Shown piece by piece: positions 8,634 to 18,594 of a DNA stretch of 49,839 nt; the stretch's first letter is position 1; every line of letters starts with the position of its first letter. The stretch is from Thermococcus sp. (lineage in GTDB: Archaea; Methanobacteriota_B; Thermococci; Thermococcales; Thermococcaceae). A program made the translations under genes and the position numbers. The notes beneath the pieces are model-generated. The model did not search any database. It saw nothing but the letters and a program-made list of their open reading frames with translations, and was not told the origin of the DNA. Location: contig NZ_JALTCZ010000202.1 of assembly GCF_027008145.1 (NCBI RefSeq), positions 1 to 49,839 of the forward strand, written 5' to 3'.

Positions 8634-10009
8634 CTATCTTTGGGGTGGCTCTCGCGCTCTCGCTCGCGACCTTCCCTCCCTGGAACACCCTGACCTACGA
8701 TGGGGCTCTCTACATTGACATAGCCAGAAACCTAGCAAAGGGCCCGACGAACTTCACCTACCAGGGTGTTTACATGATGTATCGGCCTCCACTCTACCCT
8801 TACACGCTTTCCCTCTTCTTCCACTTCATCCACAACCCCCTCAGCCAGCTGACGGTTGCCAGACTGGTATCGGCAATCTTCTTTTCCCTGACGGCAGTCT
8901 TGACATTCCTGCTCGCCTTTGAATTACTGAAAGACAGGAACAAAGCCCTAATAGCCTCAGCGTTCTTCATCCTCAACCCCCTGGCCTTCACCATGGGGAC
9001 AAGGGAGCTCGTCCACAGCGAGTTCACGTTCTTCTACGCCCTAGCTATCTACCTCCTCTACACGGGAAGAAATAGGGAGGGAAGGAGAATTTACTTCGCT
9101 TTTATCTCAGCAGGTCTTGCAATACTAACAAGATACACCGGCCTCTCGATAATCGGTGTCTTCTTGGTTTACCTCTGGCTGACTGAATACTGGGACTGGG
9201 TGAAAAAACGTGAATACTGGCTGGGCCTTGGAGTTTTGCTCTTAACCCTTTCGCCCTGGCTCTATCTCGGTCAGCTCCACTACGGGGGCTTTCTGAGGCC
9301 CTTTGAAGTTGCCTCCCGAGTTGTCACCCTCGACAAGCCTGTTGATGTCTCGACTTACATTGAATGGCTTGGAAAAGACCTTGGAGACGTTCTCCTTGGC
9401 CTCACCCTGCTCGGTCTCTTAAAGATAAGGCAGGACGAGGAGGGCTGGCTAATCCTCAGCTGGTTCGCCGTTGGTCTAACTGGCATACTCACCGTCACCC
9501 ATAAGGAAACCCGGTTCATAACCTTCCTCTCCCCCGTCATGGCTATTCTGGCCGTTGAGGGCGTTGAACTAATGGTTGAATTAGCTGGAAGAGCCTTCTC
9601 ACTGAGACCGGAGAGAAGAAGGTGGAAGAAGCCCGTCGTTCTCGCGCTGTCCCTCCTCCTTCTCCTTCCGGTGGGCCTCAATGCACTCCACCTGAAGGAG
9701 CGCTGGAACGTGGTGGGGCAGTACGAGTCAATGGTTCTTAAGTATTCGACTGAACATTACCCAGGACGCGAGCTGTTGGTATCACCATACCTTTACACAA
9801 TGGCAGGCTTCTACTACCCGAAGGCCCACGTTGATATGATACTTAAGAAGAAAAATGTGGAGGAGAGAATAGCCGAGGGCAAGTACGACGTGATAATCCA
9901 CAAGGACCCTAACACGTACCTCAACATCCTAACGAGCGGGAACTACATCCTTGTGAAGGAGTTTTATGGGAGGTTCAAGGTGTTCGTGGCGAGGAGAATC
10001 CTCCGGTGA
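8606..10009 (+). CDS. GT-C glycosyltransferase, family 39 (PMT/ArnT-like)
   Basis: TTG start after GGAGGTG. Motifs 'YDGALYIDIARNL', 'YRPPLYP', 'LAILTRYTG' and 'HKETRFI'; many TM helices plus a C-terminal extracellular domain. Confidence 0.8.
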   Translation: MLDKKALSLAIFGVALALSLATFPPWNTLTYDGALYIDIARNLAKGPTNFTYQGVYMMYRPPLYPYTLSLFFHFIHNPLSQLTVARLVSAIFFSLTAVLTFLLAFELLKDRNKALIASAFFILNPLAFTMGTRELVHSEFTFFYALAIYLLYTGRNREGRRIYFAFISAGLAILTRYTGLSIIGVFLVYLWLTEYWDWVKKREYWLGLGVLLLTLSPWLYLGQLHYGGFLRPFEVASRVVTLDKPVDVSTYIEWLGKDLGDVLLGLTLLGLLKIRQDEEGWLILSWFAVGLTGILTVTHKETRFITFLSPVMAILAVEGVELMVELAGRAFSLRPERRRWKKPVVLALSLLLLLPVGLNALHLKERWNVVGQYESMVLKYSTEHYPGRELLVSPYLYTMAGFYYPKAHVDMILKKKNVEERIAEGKYDVIIHKDPNTYLNILTSGNYILVKEFYGRFKVFVARRILR

Positions 10010-10087
10010 ATTAAGCCTTCCTTTTCAAATGGACACGTTTTCTCTTCTTTTCATTTATATGCACCAGAGAACAGCCCTGTATAGTTA

Positions 10088-10127
10088 ATTTTAAAAACGG
10101 CCCCTCGATATATCACCCGCAGTAACT
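10088..10127 (+). promoter_or_regulatory. ppsA promoter with Thermococcales glycolytic motif (TGM)-like site
   Basis: TTTTAAAAA at ~10088-10097, then TATCAC-CCGCA-GTAACT at 10111-10127 (consensus TATCAC-N5-GTGATA; right half imperfect). Confidence 0.55.
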
Positions 10128-10144
10128 AAAGGGAGGTAATCGCC

Positions 10145-12589
10145 ATGAGCGAATACAGGTTTATAAGATGGTTCGAGGAGCTCGGCAAGGAAGACGTCCC
10201 CCTCGTCGGTGGAAAGGGGGCAAACCTCGGTGAGCTCACCAACGCCGGAATCCCGGTTCCGCCCGGGTTCTGCGTTACGGCGGAAGCCTACAAGTATTTC
10301 GTCAACAACGTTAAGGTCTCCAAGGAGCAGATAAAGGAGTTAATGGGAGAGAAGGCCGAGACCGGCGTTCTCGCCGAGGTTCTCGCGGCCGCTCCGGAGG
10401 AGCCCAGACCCCTTCAGGACTGGATAATGGACATAGTGAGCAGGACGAACGTTGATGATAGCAGGGAGCTCCTCGACAACACCGCCCTGATAAGGGAGCT
10501 CATAGACAGCATGCCAATGCCAGAGGAGATAAAGACCGAGGTTCTTGACGCATATCACAAGCTCTGCCAGCGCTTCAACAAGAACCCAGAGAAAGGCGAG
10601 TTCATATACGTCGCCGTCCGCTCCTCTGCCACTGCTGAGGACCTTCCCGAAGCAAGCTTCGCTGGCCAGCAGGAGACCTACCTTGACGTTTACGGCGATG
10701 ATGACCTTCTTGAGAACGTCCGGAAGTGCTGGGCCTCACTCTGGACCGCTCGCGCTACCTTCTACAGGGCCAAGCAGGGATTCGACCACAGGAAGGTCTA
10801 CCTCTCGGCGGTCGTCCAGAAGATGGTCAACAGCGAGACCAGCGGCGTCATGTTCACCGCCAACCCGGTCACCAACGACAGAAACGAGATAATGATAAAC
10901 GGCGCCTGGGGCCTTGGCGAAGCTGTAGTCAGCGGTGCGGTTACTCCTGACGAGTACATCGTTGAGAAGGGCACCTGGAAGATCAAGGAGAAGTACATAG
11001 CAAAGAAGGAAGTCATGTACGTCCGCAACCCCGAGACCGGTAAGGGAACCGTTCTCGTCAAGGTCGCCGACTACCTCGGGCCGGAATACGTTGAGAAACA
11101 GGTTCTGACAGACGAGCAGATAATCGAAGTCGCAAAGATGGGTGCAAAGATCGAGGAGCACTACCAGTATCCCCAAGACATCGAATGGGCCTACGACAAG
11201 GACGACGGCAAGCTCTACATCGTTCAGTCCAGGCCGATAACGACACTCAAGGAGACCAAGACCGAAGAGGCCGAGGAGGTCACCGAGGAGATGGAGGTCA
11301 TACTCAGAGGACTCGGTGCTTCACCTGGCATCGGCGCCGGTAGGGTCGTCATCATCTTCGATGCGAGGGAGATCGACAAGGTCAAGGAAGGCGACGTTCT
11401 CGTCACCACCATGACCAACCCGGACATGGTTCCGGCCATGAAGAGGGCTTCAGCGATAGTTACCGACGAGGGCGGAAGGACCTGCCACGCGGCCATAGTC
11501 GGCAGGGAGCTTGGCATCCCGACGGTAGTCGGAACCAAGGAGGCCACCAAGAAGCTCAAGGACGGCATGCTCATCACCGTTGACGGAACGAGAGGCGTCG
11601 TCTACAAGGGCATAGTCAAGAGCCTCGTCAAGGAGGAGAAAGAGAAGGCCGCCGGCGGCCAGGTGGTGGTGACAGGTGCCCCCCTCATAACCGCCACGGA
11701 GGTCAAAGTCAACGTCTCAATGCCTGAGGTGGCTGAGAGGGCCGCCGCTACCGGTGCAGATGGCGTTGGACTTCTGAGAGCGGAGCACATGATACTCAGC
11801 ATAGGTGCCCACCCGGTCAAGTTCATCAAGGAGGGCAGGGAGGAGGAGCTGGTTGAGGTTCTCGCCAACGGCATAAGGAAGGTTGCAGAAGCCTTCTATC
11901 CGAGGCGCGTCTGGTACAGAACCCTCGATGCTCCGACCAACGAGTTCCGTGAGCTCCCTGGTGGAGAGGACGAACCGATCGAGAGGAATCCGATGCTCGG
12001 ATGGAGGGGAATAAGGAGAGGCCTCGACCAGCCCGAACTCCTCAGGGCAGAGTTCAAGGCCATCAAGAAGCTCGTGGATGAGGGATACGACAACCTCGGC
12101 GTTATGCTCCCGCTAGTCAGCCACCCGGAGCAGATAAGGAAGGCCAAGGAGATAGCACTCTCAGTCGGCCTCGTCCCGCACAAGGACGTTGAGTGGGGTG
12201 TCATGGTCGAGACCCCTGCGAGCGCGATAATCATCGAAGAGCTCATAAAGGAGGGCCTCGACTTCATCAGCTTCGGAACCAACGATCTCACCCAGTACAC
12301 ACTAGCAATCGACAGGGACAACGACAGGATAGCCTACCTCTACGACGAGAAGCACCCGGCAGTCCTCAAGCTAATCGAGAGCGTCATCAAGACCTGCAAG
12401 AAGTACGGCGTCGAGACCAGCATCTGTGGACAGGCGGGAAGCGATCCGAAGATGGCAAGGCTCCTCGTCAGGATGGGCATCGACAGCATCTCAGCCAACC
12501 CCGATGCCGTTGAGCTCATCAGGAAGACCGTCGCCCAGGAGGAGCAGAAGATCCTCCTTGAGGCGGCCAGGAAGAGGCTCTTCGAGTGA
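10145..12589 (+). CDS. ppsA: Phosphoenolpyruvate synthase (pyruvate, water dikinase)
   Basis: VGGKGANLGEL, VAVRSSATAEDLPEASFAGQQ, GGRTCHAAIV phospho-His motif, GTNDLTQY, SICGQAGS. Confidence 0.97.
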   Translation: MSEYRFIRWFEELGKEDVPLVGGKGANLGELTNAGIPVPPGFCVTAEAYKYFVNNVKVSKEQIKELMGEKAETGVLAEVLAAAPEEPRPLQDWIMDIVSRTNVDDSRELLDNTALIRELIDSMPMPEEIKTEVLDAYHKLCQRFNKNPEKGEFIYVAVRSSATAEDLPEASFAGQQETYLDVYGDDDLLENVRKCWASLWTARATFYRAKQGFDHRKVYLSAVVQKMVNSETSGVMFTANPVTNDRNEIMINGAWGLGEAVVSGAVTPDEYIVEKGTWKIKEKYIAKKEVMYVRNPETGKGTVLVKVADYLGPEYVEKQVLTDEQIIEVAKMGAKIEEHYQYPQDIEWAYDKDDGKLYIVQSRPITTLKETKTEEAEEVTEEMEVILRGLGASPGIGAGRVVIIFDAREIDKVKEGDVLVTTMTNPDMVPAMKRASAIVTDEGGRTCHAAIVGRELGIPTVVGTKEATKKLKDGMLITVDGTRGVVYKGIVKSLVKEEKEKAAGGQVVVTGAPLITATEVKVNVSMPEVAERAAATGADGVGLLRAEHMILSIGAHPVKFIKEGREEELVEVLANGIRKVAEAFYPRRVWYRTLDAPTNEFRELPGGEDEPIERNPMLGWRGIRRGLDQPELLRAEFKAIKKLVDEGYDNLGVMLPLVSHPEQIRKAKEIALSVGLVPHKDVEWGVMVETPASAIIIEELIKEGLDFISFGTNDLTQYTLAIDRDNDRIAYLYDEKHPAVLKLIESVIKTCKKYGVETSICGQAGSDPKMARLLVRMGIDSISANPDAVELIRKTVAQEEQKILLEAARKRLFE

Positions 12590-12691
12590 AGCCTTTTCGG
12601 CTTCCTCTTTCCAGTTTTCCACTTTTCTCCAGTTTATGGCCAATGCCAAAAAGCTCATCTACTCCCAATGAGAAAGTTTAATGGTGATTTT

Positions 12692-12910
12692 ATGAGTGCA
12701 ATGGAAATTAAGAGGATAGACCCTCAGGGACGCATCGTCATACCACGCTCTTGGCGGGAAAAGTGGGGCAATGAGGTCATAATTGTTGAGCTGGAGGACA
12801 GGCTTGAAATACTCCCGAAGAAAAAACCAAACCTCTCAAAGTTCTTCGACATCCTTGAGCTGGAGGTTAAGAGCGAGGACTTGGAAAAGGAACTCCTTGA
12901 GGGCATCTGA
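12692..12910 (+). CDS. AbrB/MazE/SpoVT-family antitoxin (VapB-like)
   Basis: 'KRIDPQGRIVIPRSWR' AbrB motif; GGTGA RBS before ATG 12692; directly upstream of a PIN gene. Confidence 0.85.
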   Translation: MSAMEIKRIDPQGRIVIPRSWREKWGNEVIIVELEDRLEILPKKKPNLSKFFDILELEVKSEDLEKELLEGI

Positions 12911-12919
12911 TGTGATCCC

Positions 12920-13336
12920 ATGAGGTTCATAGACGCCAACGTCTTTTTGTATGCCCTCATAAGGCCCAAAGGGAGCGTCCCCGAGAGTGTTCCGGAGAAG
13001 AAGAGGAAGGCAAGGGAGATTCTAAAGCGCGTGGAGAACGGAGAAGAGGCCGTCACAACGGTTGTTCACCTAAGCAAAGTCGCCAATATCCTTGGGGCCA
13101 AGCTCAGCCTGGCCGTTGCCCTCGATTTCCTTGAGGAACTCTTGACGGCAAAGAACGTCACGGTTCTCCCGGTAAACACCGAGGACTACCTCCGCTCCCT
13201 TATCGTTGCGAGAGAGCGCGGGGTAAGCGTCAACGCCGCCCTCGCATACCTCAGGATGGAGAAACTCGGAATCAGGGAGATATGCACCTTCGATAGGCAC
13301 TTCCTAAACCTCGACGTCAAGGTTCTGGCAGAATAG
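12920..13336 (+). CDS. vapC: PIN-domain VapC-family toxin (active site degenerate)
   Basis: 'FIDANVFLY' and 'TFDRHF' PIN motifs present; the central conserved acidic positions read K (HLSKV) and A (VNAAL). Confidence 0.85.
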   Translation: MRFIDANVFLYALIRPKGSVPESVPEKKRKAREILKRVENGEEAVTTVVHLSKVANILGAKLSLAVALDFLEELLTAKNVTVLPVNTEDYLRSLIVARERGVSVNAALAYLRMEKLGIREICTFDRHFLNLDVKVLAE

Positions 13337-13391
13337 CTGGTCCTTTTATCCATCCTAAAGTTTTTATTCCCACGTTTCGATTGTTATCTTA

Positions 13392-14798
13392 ATGAGGCGT
13401 GAAGTAGAGGAGATGCGCGAGCAGATTCTCAGCGGGCCAGTAGTCAAGACGCTCATCCTCTTAGCTTACCCGTTAATAATCAACAGGCTTGTTCAGGTTC
13501 TCTACAACCTGACGGACACATTCTGGCTCGGTAAACTCGGCAGGACGGAGCTTTCTGCCCCGGGAACGGCATGGCCCATCGTATGGTTCTTCATGAGCAT
13601 AGGCATGGGGTTCGCTACCGCTGGCTTCGCCTTCGTGAGCCAGTATGTTGGTGCTAGGGAATACGACAAGGCAAACCGCTCCGCCGGAGCCCTCTACTCC
13701 CTCATGCTGCTCTTCGCTACAGCAGTTGGAATAACCGGTGTGCTTCTCGCCCCGGAACTGCTCCACCTGATGGACGTCAGCGATACCATATACCCCTACG
13801 CGCTCAGCTACACGAGGGTCATCTTCGGGGGAATACCATTCTCCTTCACCCTCTTCGCCTTTAACTTCCTCCTGAGGGCAGTTGGGGACACCAAAACGCC
13901 GGTGAAGATAAACATCACCACGGTAATCCTCAACATAGTCCTCGATCCGTTCCTAATCTTCGGCATCGGGCCGTTCCCCAGGCTCGGAGTCACCGGCGCC
14001 GCGATTGCGACGATGCTCTCGAACAGCGTTGGTTCGGTTGTGGGTGGCTACCTCCTCTTCACCGGAAGGGTCGGGATACACCTCACGCCGGAGACGCTGA
14101 AGCCTGACGTCAGCTTCTACTCAAGGATCTTCAGGGTTGGCCTACCTGCAAGCATCGGGAACTCGACTACCGCCTTAGGCTTCGTTATCCTGACGAGGGT
14201 CATCTTCACCGTTGGCGGGCTCTACGGCCAAGCCCATGGAATTCCGAACTTCGAGGACGTTGCCTTTGCAACCTACAGCATAACGAACCGCCTAACAAAC
14301 TTAATGTTCGCCTTCTCCGACGGCATAAGCATGGCGATGGGCACGATGGTTGGCCAAGCCATAGGGGCAAAGCTCTACGAGAGGGCCAAGGTCATAGCCG
14401 GAAAAACGATGGCCATAAACTTCACGGTACTCGGTGCTGGGACGCTCCTTTTCATCCTCTTCCGCGTCCCTATATTCAAGTTCTTCATAAACGATCCGGG
14501 GGTCATAGCCGAGAGCGCCAAGGTAGTGGAGTACTTCTCGGCCTCGCTTCCCTTCTTCGGGGTTTTCTCTGCCGTTAACAACACCTTCCAGAGCGCTGGT
14601 CAGACGAAGAAGAGCATGATCCTCGGCATGGTGAGGCTCTGGGGCATAAGGCTTCCCCTCAGCTACGGCCTCGGCGTGCTCACGAGGGACACAACCGGAA
14701 TGTGGCTCGGGATGGGGCTGAGCAACGTTTTAGGAGCGGTTATAGCCCTCGCGTGGTTTCTCAAAGGGAGCTGGATGAAGGGAATAATCGAAGAGTAA
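13392..14798 (+). CDS. MATE family efflux transporter
   Basis: '[13 protein letters not shown]', 'LRAVGDTKTP', 'NIVLDPFLIFG' and 'LGVTGAAIAT' motifs. Confidence 0.93.
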   Translation: MRREVEEMREQILSGPVVKTLILLAYPLIINRLVQVLYNLTDTFWLGKLGRTELSAPGTAWPIVWFFMSIGMGFATAGFAFVSQYVGAREYDKANRSAGALYSLMLLFATAVGITGVLLAPELLHLMDVSDTIYPYALSYTRVIFGGIPFSFTLFAFNFLLRAVGDTKTPVKINITTVILNIVLDPFLIFGIGPFPRLGVTGAAIATMLSNSVGSVVGGYLLFTGRVGIHLTPETLKPDVSFYSRIFRVGLPASIGNSTTALGFVILTRVIFTVGGLYGQAHGIPNFEDVAFATYSITNRLTNLMFAFSDGISMAMGTMVGQAIGAKLYERAKVIAGKTMAINFTVLGAGTLLFILFRVPIFKFFINDPGVIAESAKVVEYFSASLPFFGVFSAVNNTFQSAGQTKKSMILGMVRLWGIRLPLSYGLGVLTRDTTGMWLGMGLSNVLGAVIALAWFLKGSWMKGIIEE

Positions 14799-14841
14799 CT
14801 TTTTATTGGCGCGCTTCGACTACTGTCTCACCGTGGTGGTG

Positions 14842-16326
14842 ATGGAGAGAGAAAAGATCAGGGCGATGAGGGAGGAGATACTGAACGGGCCCATAGAGGG
14901 AACCCTCCTCAAGCTGGCCGGCCCTTTGGTGGTTAACAACCTCGTCCAGGTAGTTTACAACATAACGGACACATTCTGGCTCGGCAAGCTCGGAAGGGAG
15001 GCCCTCTCCGCGCCCGGGGTGACGTGGCCCATAATCGGAACCCTGATGGCACTCGGCATGGGCTTCGTCATGGCTGGCTTCGCCTTCGTCGGGCAGTACA
15101 TAGGAGCGGGAGAATACGAAAGGGCCAACCGTTCCGCCGGAGCCCTCTACTCCCTCATGCTGCTCTTCGCGACCGCGACAGCCATTCTAAGCGTCCTGAT
15201 TCTGCCCTACGCCCTGACCTTCATGAAGGTGACCCCGGGTCTTTATCCCTACGCCAAGACCTACGCGACCATAGTTTTCCTCGGCGTCCCCTTCGCCTTC
15301 ACCTACATGACCTTCTCTGCCCTGAGCAGGGCCGCAGGGGACACCAAGACCCCAATGAAGATAACCCTCCTCACCGTGAGCCTGAACATAATCCTCGACC
15401 CGGTCTTCATATTCGGCATCGGACCCTTTCCAAGGCTTGGTGTCGCAGGAGCCGCTCTGGCGACGGTTTTAGCCAATACCGTGGGCTCGGCGATAGGCCT
15501 CTGGATGCTCTTCAAGGGAAAGATAGGCCTCAGACTAAGCCTTGAGAGTCTAAAGCCGGACCTTGAGTTCTACGGGAAGCTCTTCAGGGTCGGCCTGCCG
15601 TCGAGCATTGGACAATCAGCCAACAGCTTCGGCTTCATTGTTCTGACGAGGATAATCATGGGGTTCGGGGATGTAACCTATGCAGCTTACATCATAACCA
15701 CGAGGCTCGTCAACTTCCTCACGAGCATTTCAAGGGGCATAAGCATGGCGATGGGAACTATGGTGGCTCAAAACGTTGGTGCTGGAAGGTACGGGAGGGC
15801 TAAGGCGATAGCCGAGAGAACGATGGTAATCAACTTCACGATAGCAGGTCTGGCCGTTCTGATAATAGGACTCTTCCGCGTGCCCATCTTCAGGGTTTTC
15901 CTGAACGACCCAGCGGTCATAGCGGAGAGCAAGATCGTCCTCGACTACTTCCTCATCTCAGTTCCTTTCTTCAACGGGATGTTCATAGTCGTGAACAGAA
16001 CCTTCAGCTCAGCTGGACATACGAAAAAGACCATGCTCCTCGGGATACTCAGACTCTGGGGACTGAGGATACCGCTGAGCTACGTTTTCGGCTACGTGCC
16101 TGCCTTAGTGCTGGCCTTTACGCTCCCGCTCATCCAGAAGTCTATCTACCTTAACCTCCCCTTGGCCGAGCTCTTCGGGATGACGAGCAGGGGAGTCTTC
16201 TTCGGGATGGGTCTGAGCAACTTCATAGGGGCCCTCGTTGCGCTCGCCTGGTTCCTCAGGGGAAGCTGGATGAGGGCGATCATCGAGAGGGAGGCCAAAG
16301 AACAGGAAAAAAAGAGGGCGTTTTAA
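14842..16326 (+). CDS. MATE family efflux transporter (tandem paralog)
   Basis: Same MATE motifs; likely ATG at 14842 after GGTGG. Confidence 0.93.
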   Translation: MEREKIRAMREEILNGPIEGTLLKLAGPLVVNNLVQVVYNITDTFWLGKLGREALSAPGVTWPIIGTLMALGMGFVMAGFAFVGQYIGAGEYERANRSAGALYSLMLLFATATAILSVLILPYALTFMKVTPGLYPYAKTYATIVFLGVPFAFTYMTFSALSRAAGDTKTPMKITLLTVSLNIILDPVFIFGIGPFPRLGVAGAALATVLANTVGSAIGLWMLFKGKIGLRLSLESLKPDLEFYGKLFRVGLPSSIGQSANSFGFIVLTRIIMGFGDVTYAAYIITTRLVNFLTSISRGISMAMGTMVAQNVGAGRYGRAKAIAERTMVINFTIAGLAVLIIGLFRVPIFRVFLNDPAVIAESKIVLDYFLISVPFFNGMFIVVNRTFSSAGHTKKTMLLGILRLWGLRIPLSYVFGYVPALVLAFTLPLIQKSIYLNLPLAELFGMTSRGVFFGMGLSNFIGALVALAWFLRGSWMRAIIEREAKEQEKKRAF

Positions 16327-16375
16327 CTTCCGGAAGTCTAATAAACCCGGCGCTCAAAGGGACTATGGTGAGATC

Positions 16376-17044
16376 ATGAAGGCAGAAAGATGGGATGATG
16401 TTTACTCCTTCGAGAACAGCCCCTTTATCATGGAGATACTGACCGGGCTGAGGGACGAGAAGACCGGGCCTATATCCTTCAGGAAGGGCCTCGTGAAGCT
16501 CGGCCGTTACATGGCCTACGAGATAACAAAGACGATGGAAATTGAGAGGGTTCCCGTTAAGACGCCCCTTGAGGAGACGGAGGGAGTTATCGTAAGGGAC
16601 AGACGGAGTGTCGTCATAATAACCGTTCTGCGCGCGGCAATACCGCTTATGGAGGGTCTGATAAAAGTTCTCGAGCACGCCCGCGTCGGCATCGTTTCAG
16701 CCTCTCGTGAGAAGGCCCCGAAGTTCGAGATAGAGATGAACTATGTAAAGATACCAGAGATAAAACCCGAGGACACCGTGATAATAGCCGACCCCATGAT
16801 AGCGACCGGCTCAACGCTCATCCGGGTTCTTGAGGAAGTTAAGCGCTATGGAAAGGCCAAACGCTACGTTATTGTAGGTGTTCTCGCAGCTCCAGAGGGA
16901 ATAGAGAGAATAAAGAAGGCCTTTCCAGAGGTCGAAATCTTCGTTGCCAAGGTTGACAGGGAGCTGAACGACGAGGGCTACATCCTCCCCGGGCTGGGTG
17001 ATGCAGGCGACAGAGCCTTCGGGGCGCCGGTAAAGGCTCAATAA
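16376..17044 (+). CDS. upp: Uracil phosphoribosyltransferase
   Basis: 'VLRAA', '[11 protein letters not shown]' and '[16 protein letters not shown]'. Confidence 0.97.
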   Translation: MKAERWDDVYSFENSPFIMEILTGLRDEKTGPISFRKGLVKLGRYMAYEITKTMEIERVPVKTPLEETEGVIVRDRRSVVIITVLRAAIPLMEGLIKVLEHARVGIVSASREKAPKFEIEMNYVKIPEIKPEDTVIIADPMIATGSTLIRVLEEVKRYGKAKRYVIVGVLAAPEGIERIKKAFPEVEIFVAKVDRELNDEGYILPGLGDAGDRAFGAPVKAQ

Positions 17045-17358
17045 AGTTTACCTCCCTCCTCGCGGAGCTTCTCCCTTTCCCTCTCGATTCTCTTCTCGTC
17101 CTCAAGCAACTTGGCCCTGTAGTGGTACCTCACCCTCCCGAGTAGCGTTAAAGCCCTGTTCATAAACCTCCCCGCGTAAACGGCCACGAGGGAAGCCACA
17201 ACGAGCAGGCCGATGAAGAAAAGGGCCTCGTTCATTTTATAACCTGCCCACAGGAAACTGTAGAGTAACCCGCCAAAGAGAAAGCCGAAGAGCCCGACAA
17301 CAACGGTTATTAAAAGGAGCTTGTAGCCATAGCGTTCCATGAACAGCGCGAAGTCCAT
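17038..17358 (-). CDS. Small membrane hypothetical protein
   Basis: GGTGA RBS before ATG 17358; two TM helices and a charged C-terminal tail. Confidence 0.7.
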   Translation of the reverse strand: MDFALFMERYGYKLLLITVVVGLFGFLFGGLLYSFLWAGYKMNEALFFIGLLVVASLVAVYAGRFMNRALTLLGRVRYHYRAKLLEDEKRIEREREKLREEGGKLY

Positions 17359-17440
17359 GGGAGTCACCGACAACAATTGGATGAACCTTTTTTTATGATT
17401 TTCGATAATCTTTTAAATCCCATGCAGTTTTAGGCTTCTC

Positions 17441-17830
17441 TCAACCGATGTGGAGAAGGCCTATGATCCCCGGGAGTCGAGTAGCCGAGGAACTTTCCAA
17501 CATCCATCCCAAAGGGATTGGGGAAGACGTCGAACCTTGAGACCTACAGGAATCCTGCCGTCTGGAGGGGGAGCAACACCTGATCCTCAACGAGAAAACC
17601 CCGATCCCTAACAAACTTAGGGTTAAGACAGCGACCCTGTTGCAGGAGATGCAGGGGCCCGGAGGGAGCGATAAGTTGTACTCCACTCGACCCTGCCGTC
17701 CCGATATAGAAAAGCCTTCTCTCCCTCTCCCCTGAGGAGTAACCGCCACAACGCCGCCCGAGTCTAATACTACCCCCACAACGAGGGAACCGCTATTACC
17801 CGGGAGATCCCATCCCTCCACCTTGGGCAC
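17441..17830 (-). pseudogene. Possible degraded gene remnant or spurious ORF
   Basis: 129-codon ORF without RBS and with atypical Cys/Ser/Gly-rich composition, filling a ~450-bp gap in an otherwise gene-dense region. Confidence 0.3.
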
Positions 17831-17838
17831 ATCTTGTC

Positions 17839-18558
17839 TTAGCCTCTTCCCACTTTATCCCGCACGGTGAAGCCGAGGAACTTCCTGAGGAATTCCAGTC
17901 CAGCTTCGTTGTTCGCAGCCCTAGGATGAAGCGAGAGGAAGAACGTACAACGGCAGTTCCGGTAGCTTTCCTCAACGCTCGTTAGCTGGTATGACAGGAG
18001 GATGGAGGGCATATACCAAGTATACTCCCGGTTGAGTATCGGAACGGTTCCGTTTGGGAAATAGATAAAATCACGATCGATAACCGTGAAGTTCTTGAGC
18101 AGGAGAACCCGCAGGGCGTCTCCGGATAGTGAGTAGCGCGGGGCTATGAAGTAACGGGGGTATGGAAGATAGCACTCCTTGAAGGTTCTGAGGCCGAGGT
18201 CGAGCTTCTCCTTGGCCGTGCTTGAGTCGCAGTCGAACTCCTTACCTACGTGGTCGTAACCGTGAAGCTCGATGTGATAGCCCTCATCACTGAGGTTCCG
18301 GAGAAAGGCTGCGAAGCCGGTGTAGCGGTTGAGGGGCATCTCACCACCATGATTGGGGATGACGAATAGGTATGTCTCGTTCTGGAGGCCGTAGGAGTCG
18401 ATTATCTCCGTTAGCTGCCTGAGCTGGGGATAGTAGCCCGGACTAACGTCGTGGAGAAGTATTACCAGGTGGCCGAGATTGGGGAGATAGACCGGAGTGG
18501 AGAGGCTTGAGGAAGAAAGGAAGACGAACGCCACGAGTATGGGGACGACCTTCTTCAT
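17839..18558 (-). CDS. Secreted polysaccharide deacetylase-like protein (DUF2334 / CE4-like)
   Basis: Signal peptide; 'LLHDVSP', 'LFVIP', 'IELHGYDH', 'FIAPRY' and 'LSLHP' motifs. Confidence 0.8.
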   Translation of the reverse strand: MKKVVPILVAFVFLSSSSLSTPVYLPNLGHLVILLHDVSPGYYPQLRQLTEIIDSYGLQNETYLFVIPNHGGEMPLNRYTGFAAFLRNLSDEGYHIELHGYDHVGKEFDCDSSTAKEKLDLGLRTFKECYLPYPRYFIAPRYSLSGDALRVLLLKNFTVIDRDFIYFPNGTVPILNREYTWYMPSILLSYQLTSVEESYRNCRCTFFLSLHPRAANNEAGLEFLRKFLGFTVRDKVGRG

Positions 18559-18594
18559 CTGAGATAAAAGGGAGGAGGGGTGTAAAAAGGTTTC

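Noticed and set aside
10310-10420. Extra segment near the PpsA N-terminus
   Set aside because: Total length of 814 aa is in the range recalled for Thermococcales PEP synthases; not considered novel.
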